This document shows, piece after piece, positions 24,483 to 38,003 of a stretch of 64,000 nt of DNA. The stretch's first letter is position 1, and each line of letters starts with the position of its first letter. The notes beneath the pieces are model-generated. The model did not search any database. It saw only the letters and a program-made list of their open reading frames with translations, and was not told where the DNA came from. Position numbers and translations under genes: made by a program. Location of the stretch: positions 32,001-96,000 of the IMG/VR virus record IMGVR_UViG_3300045988_058019, one strand, 5' to 3'. This stretch comes from a virus.

Positions 24483-26692
24483 TAGAAACTAACTGTTTGT
24501 TCTCCTGTTTGTAACTAGAAACTTTTTACTAATGTATATCCGTTACCTGAACGTACATATATGTTTGCAATATTACCAGCATATATAGTTCCTCTATTAA
24601 TTGTTAAACCGTTATCTGTATTCCAAGTAAAGGTATTGGGCACCAAGAAGGCCAAATACACTGTCGAGCCTTCCACTGGTACTTCCCCTGGAGGGAATAG
24701 ATAAGCTGTAGAATAAGTAAGACTGGTTAAAGTAAGCCTATTAGCAACTTCCTACTTACCATCTTGAATAACATTTACAAATGCTTGAGCACCACTCTCT
24801 GCTTGAGTTAAAGTAATCTTAGCAGTTCTCTAAGTTGTTGTTTCATTCTCTGCTACAGTTATATACGTAGTGTTGGTTGTAGTTCTCGCAGCAGCAACCC
24901 AAGAATTATTTGACGAGAATTCATAATCTAGAGATTCTGTAGTTTCACTACCGTCGCTTTTAAGTACAGTCTTATAAGATTGCACTGTAAGAGTCTCATT
25001 AGTTTCTGCTGCAGTTACACTTAAATTCGTTGGAGTTACGTTAAACGTATATGTAGGAGTATAACCGCTTTGAGTTATCTCTATAGATTGAGTCTTACCA
25101 GATTCATTCTATGTAAATACTAGAGTAGTACTTCTAGTACTAGAAGTAGTGTTTTTCAGTATCTCTACAGTTATTTTTCCAGTTGTACTTACAACTACCC
25201 AATCAGTATCGCCAGAAGTTAAGCTATAACCTATGTTACTACCATTCTTAGTAGATACTGTTCTTGGAATGAAAGAAGCACTACTATATGGAGCATCATA
25301 TGTATTTGGTGTTATTGTAAATACATACGTATCTGCTACGTATGCACCTTGACTAACATTAACAGTTAATGTATTACCAGAACCACTCTGAGTTAATACT
25401 ACTTTTCCACTTCTTGCAGATCCACTATTATCGGATGCACTAATAGTAACTTTACTACTAGTAGTAGAAGTAGTTATCCAGCTAGGTTTACTAGACACAC
25501 TCCAAGATTGACTACTACCATTCTTAGTAGATATTACAGGTATATTGGCAGCAGTTCCATTAGCAGAGAAATCCCACGGGAAGTTTGCACTAACATCTGA
25601 AGTACTGCCGTCATCCCAAGTAAACACATAATTATCTGCAGGTGGTACATAACCGCTCTGTGATATTGTAGCATAATCTCTATTACCAGATTCTTCCTAT
25701 GTAAAGTATACATTTGCAGATCTAGAAGATGTAGATGAATTAGAACTTATAGTAAATCTACCATTACTATATGTAGCCCATGAAGGTAATGTACTACTAT
25801 CTATACTATATCCTAAACTGATCTGATTACCATTTACCAACTTATATGAAGTAAAGCCTATATCTCCTGTACCACCACTAGCTCCAACATTAACTTGCCA
25901 TGGACTAATTGTAAATACATACTCAATAGTAGGTTCAGCACCAGCTTGAGTAACTGTACAAGTAGCTGACTTACCACTATAAGATGCGGTAATAGTTGCA
26001 GTTCTACTAGATGTAGATGTATTCTCTCCTAATGTTAAAGTACTAGGTGAAGTAGTACTACTAAGACTACCTAAGTTAGTAGACAATGTAGGATTACCTG
26101 TTTCTTCAGTAACATCTCCACTCTCCCAATATACAGTTCTCTTAGCACTAGCTGTAATAGTAGAAGTACCTCCACTACTAGATACACTAGTGGGACTAGC
26201 TGATACAGATATAGTCCATTCACCATATGAACTAACATCATCCCCATCCTGTGATAAACTAATAGTAACTGTCTTATTAGACTCATTCTGAGTTATAGTA
26301 ACTGTACCTGTTCTATTTGAAGTAATTTCATTAGCAGAAGCACTTACTGTAGTTCCACTTAAAGAGAACCCACTACCAGATATAACTGTAGATTTCAATG
26401 ACACACTAGTATCACCACTCTATTCTACTCCATCTAATACTTTTCTCTTATAAGAACTAACAGTAAAAGACTTACTACCACCACCAGCTCCAAATGACAT
26501 ACTCGTAGGAGATACTGTTAAATAGTAATTCCAAGTCTCTACCTTCTTACGTATATCATCTATCTTTACACATTCATTAGCTCCATAAGTAGAAGCATTA
26601 TCAATAACTATCAATGAATTAATAGCTAAAATCTAGGTCTTAGTAGGACATTCTGTCCCACTCTAACCTAGACTAAGCTTACTTAATATCAT
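24482..26692 (-). CDS. BACON-like repeat protein, about 736 codons (5-6 tandem Ser/Thr-rich Ig-like repeats)
   Basis: Track ORFs 26420..26614, 25697..26404 and 25109..25627 are in the same frame, joined by TAG. Repeats recur and end in R(S/T)xxxxxT(Q)xxSG. ATG 26690-26692, TAA 24482-24484. Confidence 0.65.
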
Positions 26693-26711
26693 AGAATATG
26701 TTGCTATTTCA

Positions 26712-29700
26712 TTACTCATGCTGCTTATTCTTTAAAGTTTCTATTTCAGCTTTAAGCTTTTCAATCTCATCCTTAAGCATCTTAACTCCTTCAATAGCTA
26801 ATACACCTAACATCTCATACTCTACCTTCTTAACCTTAACATACTCTTCACCATCTTTAGTGAATGATTCAAACTGTTCGGGATTACTTACTTCAGACTT
26901 AAGAGTATCACTTTCAGTTACTATGTCCTCAAAACCTAATTCCTCTAAGTTCTATGCTATAGTACCTATTTGCTTCTAATCATTCATTATAAATGATACA
27001 GTAGGTATAGAACATATCTGATCTAGAGTGTAGTCTAAAGGTTTAATATCTGATTTTAAACGAGCATCAGATTCTTTGAAGAAACCACCTGCTGCAGATA
27101 CTTTACCAGAAGATGCTACATTACCACCTATGTAAAGTTTATTATCTCCAGCAATAGATCCAACATTAACCCCAACAATTACTGATCCACCGTTAGCACA
27201 CATAAGTATATTCTTAGTACTAGCACCAGTAGAAGAATACCTATGGTTTAAATATAGATGGTTAGTATATGAATTTATTTCATTTGTGTGTTCTATATTT
27301 ATACCTCCAGCTGCGCTAATAATATCATCTCCAGCATATATGGACTATTTAGGAGTTATAGTTACCATTCTAGCTACTCCAGAAGTGGGCATAGCTGCAT
27401 TACTTATAGATTCGACCATGTTACGATAGTCACTGCTATTGCTATAATAAGCATGTACTACAAAAGATTGGAATTGTCGTATTTGTTTAAACCACAAATG
27501 AACCTTACCATCATGGATAAATACTTTTATATCACCAAATCCAGCTCCGTTATTAACCCCAGAATACTATATTATTGAGTTTCCTGTATTATAATTATAG
27601 AACTATATTACTGTATCAAACGGAGGTGTAGTATAATCGGAATTACCGAATATTCTTACAGTAATCATTGCATCAACACTAGATGCATTTCTTAATTTTA
27701 CCAAACATCCTTTATCATAGTTATATACCATTTTTGGTGAATAACGCTAATCTAACTCGTTAGCATAATTACCTTTATGAAGTAATTTATAATGAGTACC
27801 TCCATAATAGAAAGTTGCTCCTTCATCTAAACTATCTACTCTACCTAATGATATACACGGATGAGTTGATAGTTTATCATTATACAGATATGCACCTAAT
27901 GAGTTAGTATATCCTACTTCTGCAGTTTGTGTTCCACTATTAATAAACTGTATATAACTAGAAACATCAGTTCCATGTAAAGTTAAAGGAGTTACTGATG
28001 AAGTTTGATTTATTGTTAATGCTCCCGTCATAGTATCCCCAGCTTTCTTTACAAAAGCAGATGGACTGATACCACCAACTGTGTCAGCATTGCCAGCATT
28101 AGCTGGCTTACCAACGCTTACAGTCTATGCACTACCTCCAGATGGAGTTACTGTAAAATTACCAGCAGAACCATTAGCAAATGTATATGTAGTATTAGTA
28201 TTCTACGAAGGTATACCTAGCGCGGTTATATCAGCTTTAGTTACAGCAGTAACACTAGCTACATGACTAGTAGAATCAGTAGAGAATTTATATAATCCAG
28301 ATGCTTTACTAGGTGCAGAACCAGCAGGATGTACGTAGTTATTATATGTAGCTCCTTTAGTTAAAGTGAGAGTATCACCACTAATAGATGCAGTAGTAAC
28401 AGCATTACCAGAACCAGCTACAGTTACTTTACCAACTTTCTTAGCTAATTCTGTATTCATAGTAGACTACAGATTGTTAATATTAGTCTGTAACTGAGCA
28501 TCACCATCCTTTCTAGCTTGTATCTCTACATTCAAATCGTTAGTAATCTCGGATGAACTACTCTCGATAAGCTCTTCTAATCTATCTACTTCAGTAGTTA
28601 CTCTATTATCTAGATTAGTAATTCTATTAGGTATATTGACGTCTAAGTTCTATTTATCAGTAGCAGTCATTACACCAGCTGCAGATTGTGTAGCAGCAGG
28701 TATAGTCTATGACTTAGTAATAGGATTAGCATATGAATTACTAGCTGCAGATAAATCAGATTGCTTATAGTTAATAGTTACACTAGTTGCATTTCTAGAC
28801 GTTGCATCTATACCAGTAACTAGGTTATTAGGTAGTGAATCAAGCTTATCACCAGGATTCTGTATACTACCAAATTCATTATATAAGTCATCTAATCTGC
28901 CTTTATCTATTGCAGACATAGCACCTGCATTAGTAGTTGTAGCTGATGGTATATCTATATTATCATCTTGTAATGGACCGTAATTTAAACCATCTTTAGC
29001 TGCATACTTATAGTTAATCTTAACTAATTCACCAGTACTAGTAGTAGGAGTAAGATATGAAGTAAGTTTAGTAGGCATACTATTTAAAGCATCTCTATTA
29101 GCTTTACCTTTATCTCCAGGATACGCTGTACTAGGAGTTTCACCTAATGCTAAACTCTAACTAATCTCTAAGTATTGAGTACCAGTCCATCTATATGTTA
29201 AGTTAGTATCCTTAGATACATATATCTTACCAGTTTCACCAATCTGAGGGAATTGAGCTTTAGTAGAGAACTCTAATACATCATCTACATAAGATGGTAA
29301 TTGAGCTGCAGGAACTTTACCAGTTGAGTCTAATTCAGCTAAACCACTAGGTTGACCTTTAGTACTAATGAATGCATTTAAACTATTAGTAATAGTAGTG
29401 TCGCCTGCTTTCCTATCTTCAATTTCTTTCTGTAAAGCAGCTTCTAGCTCATCAGTAACTCCATCAAACTTGTTCTCAATTCTATCTATCTCAGCTTCTC
29501 TATCTGCAATCTCCTTATCAATCTTATCATCAAGATCATCTATTCTACTATTTAGATTGGAGTCTGCTTCCTTTAGGTCTTCAATCTATCCAGGAATAGT
29601 AGTATTAAGTTCTACATAGTCTTCCTTACTCATAAGACCATCCATAGAAGCAGTAGCATTAGCTATACGTATATCCATATAGATATTGTTACCGCTCTTA

Positions 29701-30302
29701 ATAGTGTTCCATGATACACAAGGAGTACTATTCTGTCTAAAGGTAATGCCATTAGTTACTAAATCATAAGTAGATGTATTAGTACCATCTTTAAACTTAA
29801 TGTTAGTTAATGCTAAATTACCTATATATACATACTGACCATTATCTGTAAGTACTTTAGTACCATCTCCAGTAGTCTTAATAACTGTAGTAGTATATTG
29901 TTCTTTACTATAGTTTAATGAACCATCTACAGTAATAGTATCAAATACTACTTGAGATATATTATCTGTACCTTCTTCTTTAATAAAATCAGGAGATTCA
30001 ATGTATATAGTACCACCAACTATAGCTACTTCAGTTGCTAAGTCTAATCCATTTCTCTTAGGGTTAATAGTATAGATAAGCTTGCCTTCTTCTATAGCTT
30101 GTTTTAACGCGTCATAATCTTCTTGACTTACTTTACCATCAACGATAGTAGGATCAAAGATATACATAGTCATATCTTTAAACTCTATCATTCGGATCTT
30201 ACCATTTCTTTCACCATCTTGGAATGGAATCATTTCCTATCCTGTGACAGCAGTACGTTCTGAAGCTTGACTAATCTTTAAACCTTTAATTCTTGCTATC
30301 AT
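26712..30302 (-). CDS. Long tail fibre/spike, about 1196 codons, with C-terminal intramolecular-chaperone (peptidase S74-like) domain
   Basis: Track ORFs 29586..30233, 28707..29078, 28203..28460, 27747..28031 and 26976..27203 share one frame. Scan of 27204-27746 found 3 TAG and 0 TAA/TGA. The C-terminus SDARLKSDIKPL...GTIAQNLEELGF...YEMLGVLAIEGVKMLKDEIEKLK fits the S74 pattern. Ends at TAA 26712-26714. Confidence 0.7.
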
Positions 30303-30690
30303 TGTCAATCAAATTATTTTCTTTCTACTATTCTAACAGTACTACACCGTTATCTTCCCATAACCAAGGATCTGCATCCTCTGTTAACAATGCTAATACA
30401 TAAGGATCGTACAATCCTCTAAAGTATCCATTACCACAACCACACTTAATACAATACGGTTTGAGTTTCATAGGTATACCACTATATAACTGTGGTTTAA
30501 CCTAATGTAAGTATCTCTTTAGTATTTCAGAATCTATGGGAGTAGTAACACTAGATGTGTTACTAAACTCCAATAAATCTGTTAATTCATTGTATACTAT
30601 GGTTGCTACAACATCTCTATTGTTCCTAAGTATATTAGTTTTAAGTATAGAGTTTGTTTTACTGTTTATATATTCTCTTGCTTTATCCAT
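30286..30690 (-). CDS. Hypothetical protein, about 134 codons
   Basis: Track ORF 30502..30690 ends in TAG. Reading by eye continues to TAA 30286-30288. Contains a CIKCGCG motif. Confidence 0.45.
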
Positions 30691-30700
30691 AGTAAATCAA

Positions 30701-33700
30701 TTAAGCTTCACCAACACAAATACCACCTACAAAACGTAAACCGTTTTTAGTACCAGTCCATCCTGTATAAGTACCACTAGAATTAGTTACTGTAATCATA
30801 CTTTTCATAATGTCTATGTGAGTATTTACACCATCTGATACAGTCACTCCTAACGGAGATATATATGCCTTATTACCCTAAGAATCATAAGCTGTTACAG
30901 AAATAGCATCAGCGGCATTGTCATCTAAAGCTTTTATTTCTACTCTGGATGAATCTACGCCAGTAGGATTCTTCAATACTATTGAAGAAGTAGTATTATC
31001 ATAAGTAATAACTATATTATCAAGAGTGCTATTCTTTAATGAGAAGCTGCCACTATTAATAACAGCATGTTCATCGCTTGTATTTCCTATAGTTATACTA
31101 TCATTTAATTTCAAGTTACCACTAGTATCTACGCTGAACCATTCAGTAAACGGAGACTGAGCCTAACCTAGATGCATACCAGTTGAATCTAGTTTAAACT
31201 GATAATCACCTGTAAGCTACGATATATTATTTTTCTTTATATAAGTACCTACAGTAGACAGCCCACTAGTATTATTAATCATACTCAATCCGCTACCGTC
31301 TAACGTAAGCTTAGTGTCTGCCGTAGTTAACTGTAACTAACTATTCTCAGAATCAGCAGCTAAGTGTATACCTCCAGCTCCAAAATAAGCTTCACCATTC
31401 TCAAAGTCTAACAAGAAATTAGGTCTGAATGAATTAGAAGTATTCATAGGATCTGAAGTATTAATCAAATGATACTCAGAACTATCACCGCCACTAGAGT
31501 TCTTACCTCTTTGTGAGAACATCAGGTTGTTATTGAATACAGCTCCACCTACTAATGAGTTAGGTGCAATAAGTAAGTCAGTATAGATTGCCTCATAATT
31601 CTCTAATACAGTCCATGCACCAGATGTATCTGTAGCAGGAGATTCATTATTCTGTTGAGTACCAATCCACGTCATTACTGATTTTAAGAAATAGTAGTTA
31701 CCATCACTAGTATCGTATACATAAGGCGCTTTTTCTCCATCATTAATATATGGAGTACTAGTACTATATATACCAGCTGGATATGCTATAGGTTGTGAAC
31801 CTACTGGATCTGGAGTAATTATACCGCCCATAGGATTAGGTTTAGACCATGCAGTCTCCATATTATCGTTAATAACTCTACATTGAATAAACCATATGTA
31901 ATTATACTCATCTCCATTAGTAAGTTCAGGAACATCCATAGACCAACCTGTAGGGTCTCTCTTCCACTTCATAGTATCACTCCAAGCTTCACCAGTATAT
32001 GTAGTTTCAGTACCTTTACAGTATCTAACCTCATAACCTACTCCGGGAATACCTGAACCACCATTATCACCAGTCATACCGGTCATGTAGTATGGATCAC
32101 ACCATTGTTCCATTAACGTATTATCTCCGCCATTGATAAGAGCAAATGTAGCCCATAATACTTTACCGCTACTTAACGCTGGTGCAGTAGAACTCCAACC
32201 TGCGGGATAACGTTCAGCTGCATTTAACTGAGGAGCGATTTCCCAACTATTGTTTCTAGCAAATCTGTATTCATAGTAGTTACCATCCATGCCTTGAACC
32301 TTACCTACATTTACCCATTCACTACCATTCCATACCCACAAGAAACCATCGATAACCCAACCATCTCCTATCTGGTTACCTTCCGTCGGAAGATCGTCTG
32401 TAGAATCTAAAGTACCTTTAATAACAACTCCTTGACCTGATACTCTAATTACAGCACCCCATTCTATTACTGTGCCTGTTTCACCTTGAACTGTAGCTAT
32501 ACACTTCCACCATATACCAGTAGACATATCAGGAGTAAGTACCCAACCATCGCCTGGATGATACGGGTCATTACTAGTAGGCTTCTCAGGTTGAATCTAG
32601 CTCTATTTAAATGCTTCTACTTGATAATTGAAGTTATTACCATCAAGACCAGGTACACCAGTGATTAGATAAGGACCTTGCCAACCTCTTTCATCCTCAG
32701 GTAAGGATTCATCAATTACTAACTTATTATCAAAAGTAACAAGAGCTTGAATGCCCCATATAGCTTCTTTACCAGTCACAGAGGGCATACCTACACCCCA
32801 AATACTACCAGGGTTAATATTCAATCTATCTGGATCTCTAGGCTTAACATCACTACCAGATGTCTTAGTATACATTACTCTAAGGTGTTGACCATCTTGA
32901 CCATTATCTCCGAATTTAGCCCATAATGCTGGAGAACTAAAGTTACCCCATTTATGTGTGTTACCTTTATACTTTCTTTGACTAACCCATTCGTATTGGA
33001 ATTCTTGTGTTACTCCCTTAGGAGCATCTGTCCAAGGTTGTTCACCAGGAGCTGATTGAGGTATATATTCATCCTGATCTGGATTATTATCTGTAATCTC
33101 TGCAGGAGAAGCAGGTAATTTAGTACGCTGATATATATACTCTACGCCATCTCCATCTTTACCATTCACTCCCCATTTGGACCAAATAGTAGGATCACTC
33201 CATTCACTCCAAGTACCATCAGCTTGTAAGTTGTGTGAACAAACCCATTCGCATTGGTATGATTCACTAATACCTGTAGGATGATCAGTCCAACCTTGTC
33301 TAATAGCTTCAGTCTGACTATTACCTGTAGGTTTAGTAGGAGTAACTAAACTAGTTACAGTAAGCTTATATACAAACTCAATATTACTACCATCTGCACC
33401 ATCATGACCATCTGCACCTGTAAGTCTTACAGGAGTACTCCAAGGCACTACTATTGTACCTTTACTAGAGAATGTAGCGGTAGACATCCATACATAGCCA
33501 TTAGGATTACTATCACTACCAGACCATCCTTCAGGATATGTAATAGTATTAGTATCATAATCCCAACTACCTCCTACAGGAGTATCAGGTCTTTCTATAC
33601 TCTTAGTAGACTTATATGCTATTACTACTCTAGTAGTATCTCCATCTATACCTGGTACACCATCAATACCATCTTTACCATCTTTACCATCTTTACCATC

Positions 33701-33982
33701 TTTACCGTCCTTACCTGCATCTCCTGTTCTACCTGCAGGTATACCGAAGGAGAATAGGAATTGGTTTTTATCTAAAGATACAGATGCTGTAGGTGTACTT
33801 GATTCGTATACATCTTTAATTGCAGCTTTAAACTTAGAACTGCCTATAACTATATCAGCTACCGATTCAAGTGGTAATTTATAGTTATTATCTTTCTCTG
33901 CAGTAACAATGTATTCACTACCTGTAGCTTCAAGCTTCTCTTCTAAGTCTAATATCTTTACACCATCACATTTTTGTGTCAT
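30701..33982 (-). CDS. Tail fibre with collagen-like Gly-X-Y segment, about 1093 codons
   Basis: Track ORFs 32603..33982, 31337..32527 and 30878..31114 are in the same frame. Scans of 31115-31336 and 30704-30877 found TAG only. Ends at TAA 30701-30703. Confidence 0.7.
33661..33725 (-). repeat. Tandem 9-bp coding repeat (GKD)n, a collagen-like triplet run
   Basis: The unit catctttac is repeated and encodes GKDGKDGKDGKDGKDGIDGVPGIDG. Confidence 0.85.
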
Positions 33983-33993
33983 ATCTCTTTATT

Positions 33994-34692
33994 TTATAAT
34001 TTACAATAACCGTTACTGCAATTTCCTGTACTGCAAGTATTATTAGAACAAGAGTAACAAATACCACTAAATAAAGTAGCAGAGTTACGCTCTTTCTCTA
34101 AATGAAGACAGTTATCCTTTTCTGTATTAAGGCAGTCACCTTTCTGAGTAAGAATAGCATTGTTACAGCAAGTACTAGCTGCACATTTGGGTCTAATAGA
34201 TATCTCAAGTAATCTACAGATATCTACATATAATTGTAAAGCATCACGATAATAATCGGATGCCAAAGCATACTCAAGCAACTATCTCTTAAAGACTACT
34301 AACATTATATTCTGCATAGTCTGATCATCTAAACAAGTTGAACAGTGAGTATGTAATTTCCTAATTTCTGCCATATACACAATTGAAGGATTGTAGTATA
34401 TACCATGAAAATGAATTTCTTCCTGATCCGTAAAACATCTTAATGTAACATACTTCATATTCCAATCTAACTCTAGAATATCGTCATTAGTTACAGTTAC
34501 ATTATTATCGGAATCTACTGTAATATTCTCAGAAAAGCTAATGTTATGTATAGGACTGTCTTCAAGTATGTTCTTTAAATTCCATACTTCATCTATATAA
34601 ACTTCCCTACTATAGCTACTAAGGTCTACTTCAGTCTCTATTTTGAAGGTCAGTTTATCACCATCTATTTGTATATTTGTTAATTTGTCCAT
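33994..34692 (-). CDS. Hypothetical protein with Cys-rich C-terminus, about 232 codons
   Basis: Track ORFs 34282..34692 and 33994..34281 abut in one frame across TAG 34282-34284. TAA stop. Confidence 0.65.
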
Positions 34693-34700
34693 ATATCAAC

Positions 34701-34740
34701 AATAAAAAAAGTGGAGAGTGGAATATTCCACAACTCCACT
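34701..34740 (-). terminator. Rho-independent terminator after gene 34793..35767
   Basis: Stem 34710-34721 pairs with 34728-34740 (4 bp plus 7 bp with a small internal loop), followed on the minus strand by TTTTTTTATT. Confidence 0.7.
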
Positions 34741-34792
34741 TCTGTAGTTTGTAAAAGGAATCTTATCCCAAATTCAATCTCTCTAACGTGGA

Positions 34793-35767
34793 TTAGGCAA
34801 TTGTCTTACCAGCAATAAATGACTGAATACCTTTATCTACAATAGAATTAACTAAACTAGGACAATAAACTTCCGTAGTCAACGGAGTAGTCTTGATGTA
34901 CTGATTATCATTGCTCAAGTACAGGTTATCGTTTTCGATGATAGCATAGTCATATTCTGCATCTTCTACTACTTTACGAGCCTGTTCAACAATAGGATAT
35001 GCACCAGTAAATACGTGACCTTTATAACCCATGTTACGTACTTCTGCATCACGTACTTGCTTCCAATAACCCTTACCAGGATTACCAGCAGTCTTAACAA
35101 TCGTAGCACCTACAACTGCCTTAGGCTGATTAGCAAGCAATGCGCCAGGGATAGTCTCATACAGAGAAGCTTCCATAGATACAACGCTGTATTCACTCAA
35201 AGAGTAAACACCTTCGTTATCATCCTTCGGCATAGCAGTCAAAGTCAGAACTGCAGCAGAAGCAGAAGCCTGTACTCTACGATTCTTATGAGCATTGATC
35301 TTCTTCAACAGAGCATTTACTAAATCTGCAGGGGTAGTAGTTTCAGCATATACTTCATAAGTATGAGTAAACTGCCAAGCGGCTTCATACATATCCTTAT
35401 AAACAATACGCAAAACGTAACGATTACCAGCAATGATAGTAGCGTTAGTCAAAGTGATCACAATCTTTTCTTCAACAGGAGCTACATATTCGCCAATTAC
35501 TGCAGACGGTTTAGAAGCTTTCTGAATTTCAGTAGAGAAATCAATATTAGCTTTCTGTGCTACCGTACCATCAGGCATAGTAACATTCATCTTTTCACCT
35601 GCTACACCTACATACAGAGAGTTAGCATTTACTGCATCAGCAGCAGTCTTAATAAGAGCCTTATTCTCATCGAACAAAGCAACATCACCAACAGCTAAAG
35701 CATCCACTGTAGTGTAAGAAGCCGGAGCTTGTTTTCCAATCAGAACTGAGTGTACTGAAGTTATCAT
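34793..35767 (-). CDS. Abundant-looking virion protein, 324 aa, no in-frame TAG (capsid-accessory or tail role unknown)
   Basis: Intact track ORF with TAA stop and its own terminator. Richer in G/C than its neighbours. Confidence 0.7.
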   Translation of the reverse strand: MITSVHSVLIGKQAPASYTTVDALAVGDVALFDENKALIKTAADAVNANSLYVGVAGEKMNVTMPDGTVAQKANIDFSTEIQKASKPSAVIGEYVAPVEEKIVITLTNATIIAGNRYVLRIVYKDMYEAAWQFTHTYEVYAETTTPADLVNALLKKINAHKNRRVQASASAAVLTLTAMPKDDNEGVYSLSEYSVVSMEASLYETIPGALLANQPKAVVGATIVKTAGNPGKGYWKQVRDAEVRNMGYKGHVFTGAYPIVEQARKVVEDAEYDYAIIENDNLYLSNDNQYIKTTPLTTEVYCPSLVNSIVDKGIQSFIAGKTIA

Positions 35768-35864
35768 ATTAAATGTTTGTTTTTAAATTAGACATTAGCG
35801 CTTAGTCTATTCGCTTACTTTCTACTTTCATTATTTCAGATTTCCACGTTGGTAAGCGCCTTAA

Positions 35865-36533
35865 TTATTCGTCCTAAGATTTCTTAGAACTTGTATTAGG
35901 TATAGTTTGTACTATCATTTGAACTGCTAGATCAACTATATCCTAATGTGTATTTTCTGGAAGATCTGTGTATTCTTTAGTAAGATCGCTTACGTTACCC
36001 AGATCTTTTGCTTTTCTTAAGTAGGTAAGTTCATAAGAACTTATATCATATTTACCATCAGTATATAATACAATTTTATTGTCAGTATATACTCTAATAG
36101 GTTTTGCTTGATTATAACGCAATCTGTGATCTGATAGACTATTACTTAGTCTAGAGCTTACTGTCTCTATTGTGGCCTCTATTACATCAGACTCACGAGT
36201 AATTAAGTTATTGCATTTATTATCCTTTATACTTATATATACATTTTCACCAAGTGCAAACATATAATCTTCAGGATAATCAGCTTCCCATTTATTACCT
36301 AATTTACTAAAGCTATAAGTAGTATAGCTCTTAGTATTTACTAAAGTACGTATGTTATCAGTAATCTCTTGATTTCTCTAGAATACTCTAAAGTTCTGTT
36401 TAACATATTCGTCTTTAGCTTTGTTTATGAAATGAAACAAAGTATCTGAAGGAAACTTAATAGTATCATTATAGTTTGTTATAATGTTATTCAGTTGCCT
36501 TTCTACATTTATTTGAAAATCTCTTTCGCGCAT
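35865..36533 (-). CDS. Head-tail connector module protein, about 222 codons
   Basis: ATG 36531-36533. Contains track ORF 35943..36263. TAG interruptions only. Ends at TAA 35865-35867, frame consistent. Confidence 0.5.
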
Positions 36534-36535
36534 AA

Positions 36536-37246
36536 TTATTCAGATACTTGGTTTAACTAAAATTTAGAAGATTGTCTTTGAGATTCTATATTCTCTAAAG
36601 CAATTACTACAGCTCTATTAATAATCTCATACATGACATCTTCAGGAAAATCTAATTCTTGTTCAGGTTTAGTGTAGTCAAACTTAGTTGGTTTCTTAAC
36701 ATAAGTAATATCTACTCTATAGAACTCTGTATTATCTTCTACTCTTGGAGCATACATAGGATCCTGCATTAAAACAGGATCTACGTATACTAAGAGTTTA
36801 TCATTTTCTAAAGTAGCTACTGGATTCTCTACCCAAGGTATATTATTATAAGTCTACTTAAAAGGCTTTACTAATTCATGACTAGTAAGTACGCAGTTAG
36901 TCTAGAATTGTCCATACTTAAGTAATACACTAAGTATAGTCATTCTATTATCTTCATCATGAACATCTTCTAATGCATACTCATTGTAGCCTGTATGTAC
37001 AGCATGAAGATTAACATCTGTAGCTATTAACTTTTCTATCTCAGATAAGTTAGATACAGAACCTTCTAAACCTACTCTTAAAGCATTATTACCAGTAATC
37101 TTATTACTTAAGATTTCTAACTATGCTTGATTAAGAAATAAGTCTACTTCCTCGTCTAAAAATGCGGGGCATCCGCCATAAGCAATACCTTCTGCATTCT
37201 TATCCAGAACTACCTTGAAAATTATATGAGAATCTTTATTAGTCAT
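36536..37246 (-). CDS. Head-tail connector module protein, about 236 codons
   Basis: ATG 37244-37246 overlaps the upstream TAA. Contains track ORF 36557..36769. Ends at TAA 36536-36538, frame consistent. Confidence 0.5.
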
Positions 37247-37998
37247 TACTTAGATTTAATTTCATTAAGTATTGCTAATTTAATATCTTGATTCTTCTTA
37301 TCCTTAAGATAAGCAATTACATCTTCAAGACCATTACCAATTAAATCAGTACCAAAGTAATATTGAGCACGATTCTTTCTAATAATGTTTTTAGCAATAG
37401 CTTCTTCAATTACGAAGTTAATTTCTTTATTAGGGTTATTTACCCATTTCATCAAGAACTTAGAAGGATCAGCTTCAATAAATTCTGACAGTTTAGCTTC
37501 AGCAACCTCATTAGACATAGAATCTGATTTCATACCATAGAGACGTAAACACTTACGCATTTCTTCAGTAGACATCTTATCCATCTCTCTATATGCTTCA
37601 CGCTTAACTTTATTGAACTTGTTCTGTTCTTCTGCTTCACTATCCTTATTAATCATAACATAATCAGTGCTAGGCTTAATATCGTTAAGACCATTAGCTA
37701 CTCTCTTATGTTTCTTAAGGAATAGGTATTTTAATTCATCCTCAGGTCTATTAGTATCCAATATTAAATCCTTTTTGCCAATCTTAATAGCAAAAGTATC
37801 CCAAAACGCACTATTAGGAGATAACTATCCCTCAGGATAACCAATTTCTTTTTCTAATCTGGTTGCATCTTCTGCAGATAAACCAGTATATAAATTACCA
37901 GATCTAGTCCAGTAAGAGCTTACATAATCAAAACATGTAGGCCATTTAGTAATCCCAGTCCAGGGATTAGTTTTAATTATTCTAACGATTACTTCCAT
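37246..37998 (-). CDS. Hypothetical structural-module protein, about 250 codons
   Basis: ATG 37996-37998, one TAG. Contains track ORF 37246..37761. TAA stop. Confidence 0.55.
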
Positions 37999-38003
37999 AA
38001 TTA

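Noticed and set aside
26071-26286. Alternative-frame minus-strand ORFs inside larger genes (26071..26286 and 5324..5509).
   Set aside because: They are embedded out of frame in the BACON-like gene and in gene 4554..6395, and have repetitive Leu/Val/Gln composition.
33661-33725. Regular 9-bp tandem repeat looked like a possible repeat array.
   Set aside because: It is in frame inside a fibre gene and encodes Gly-Lys-Asp triplets. There are no spacers, so it is not CRISPR-like.
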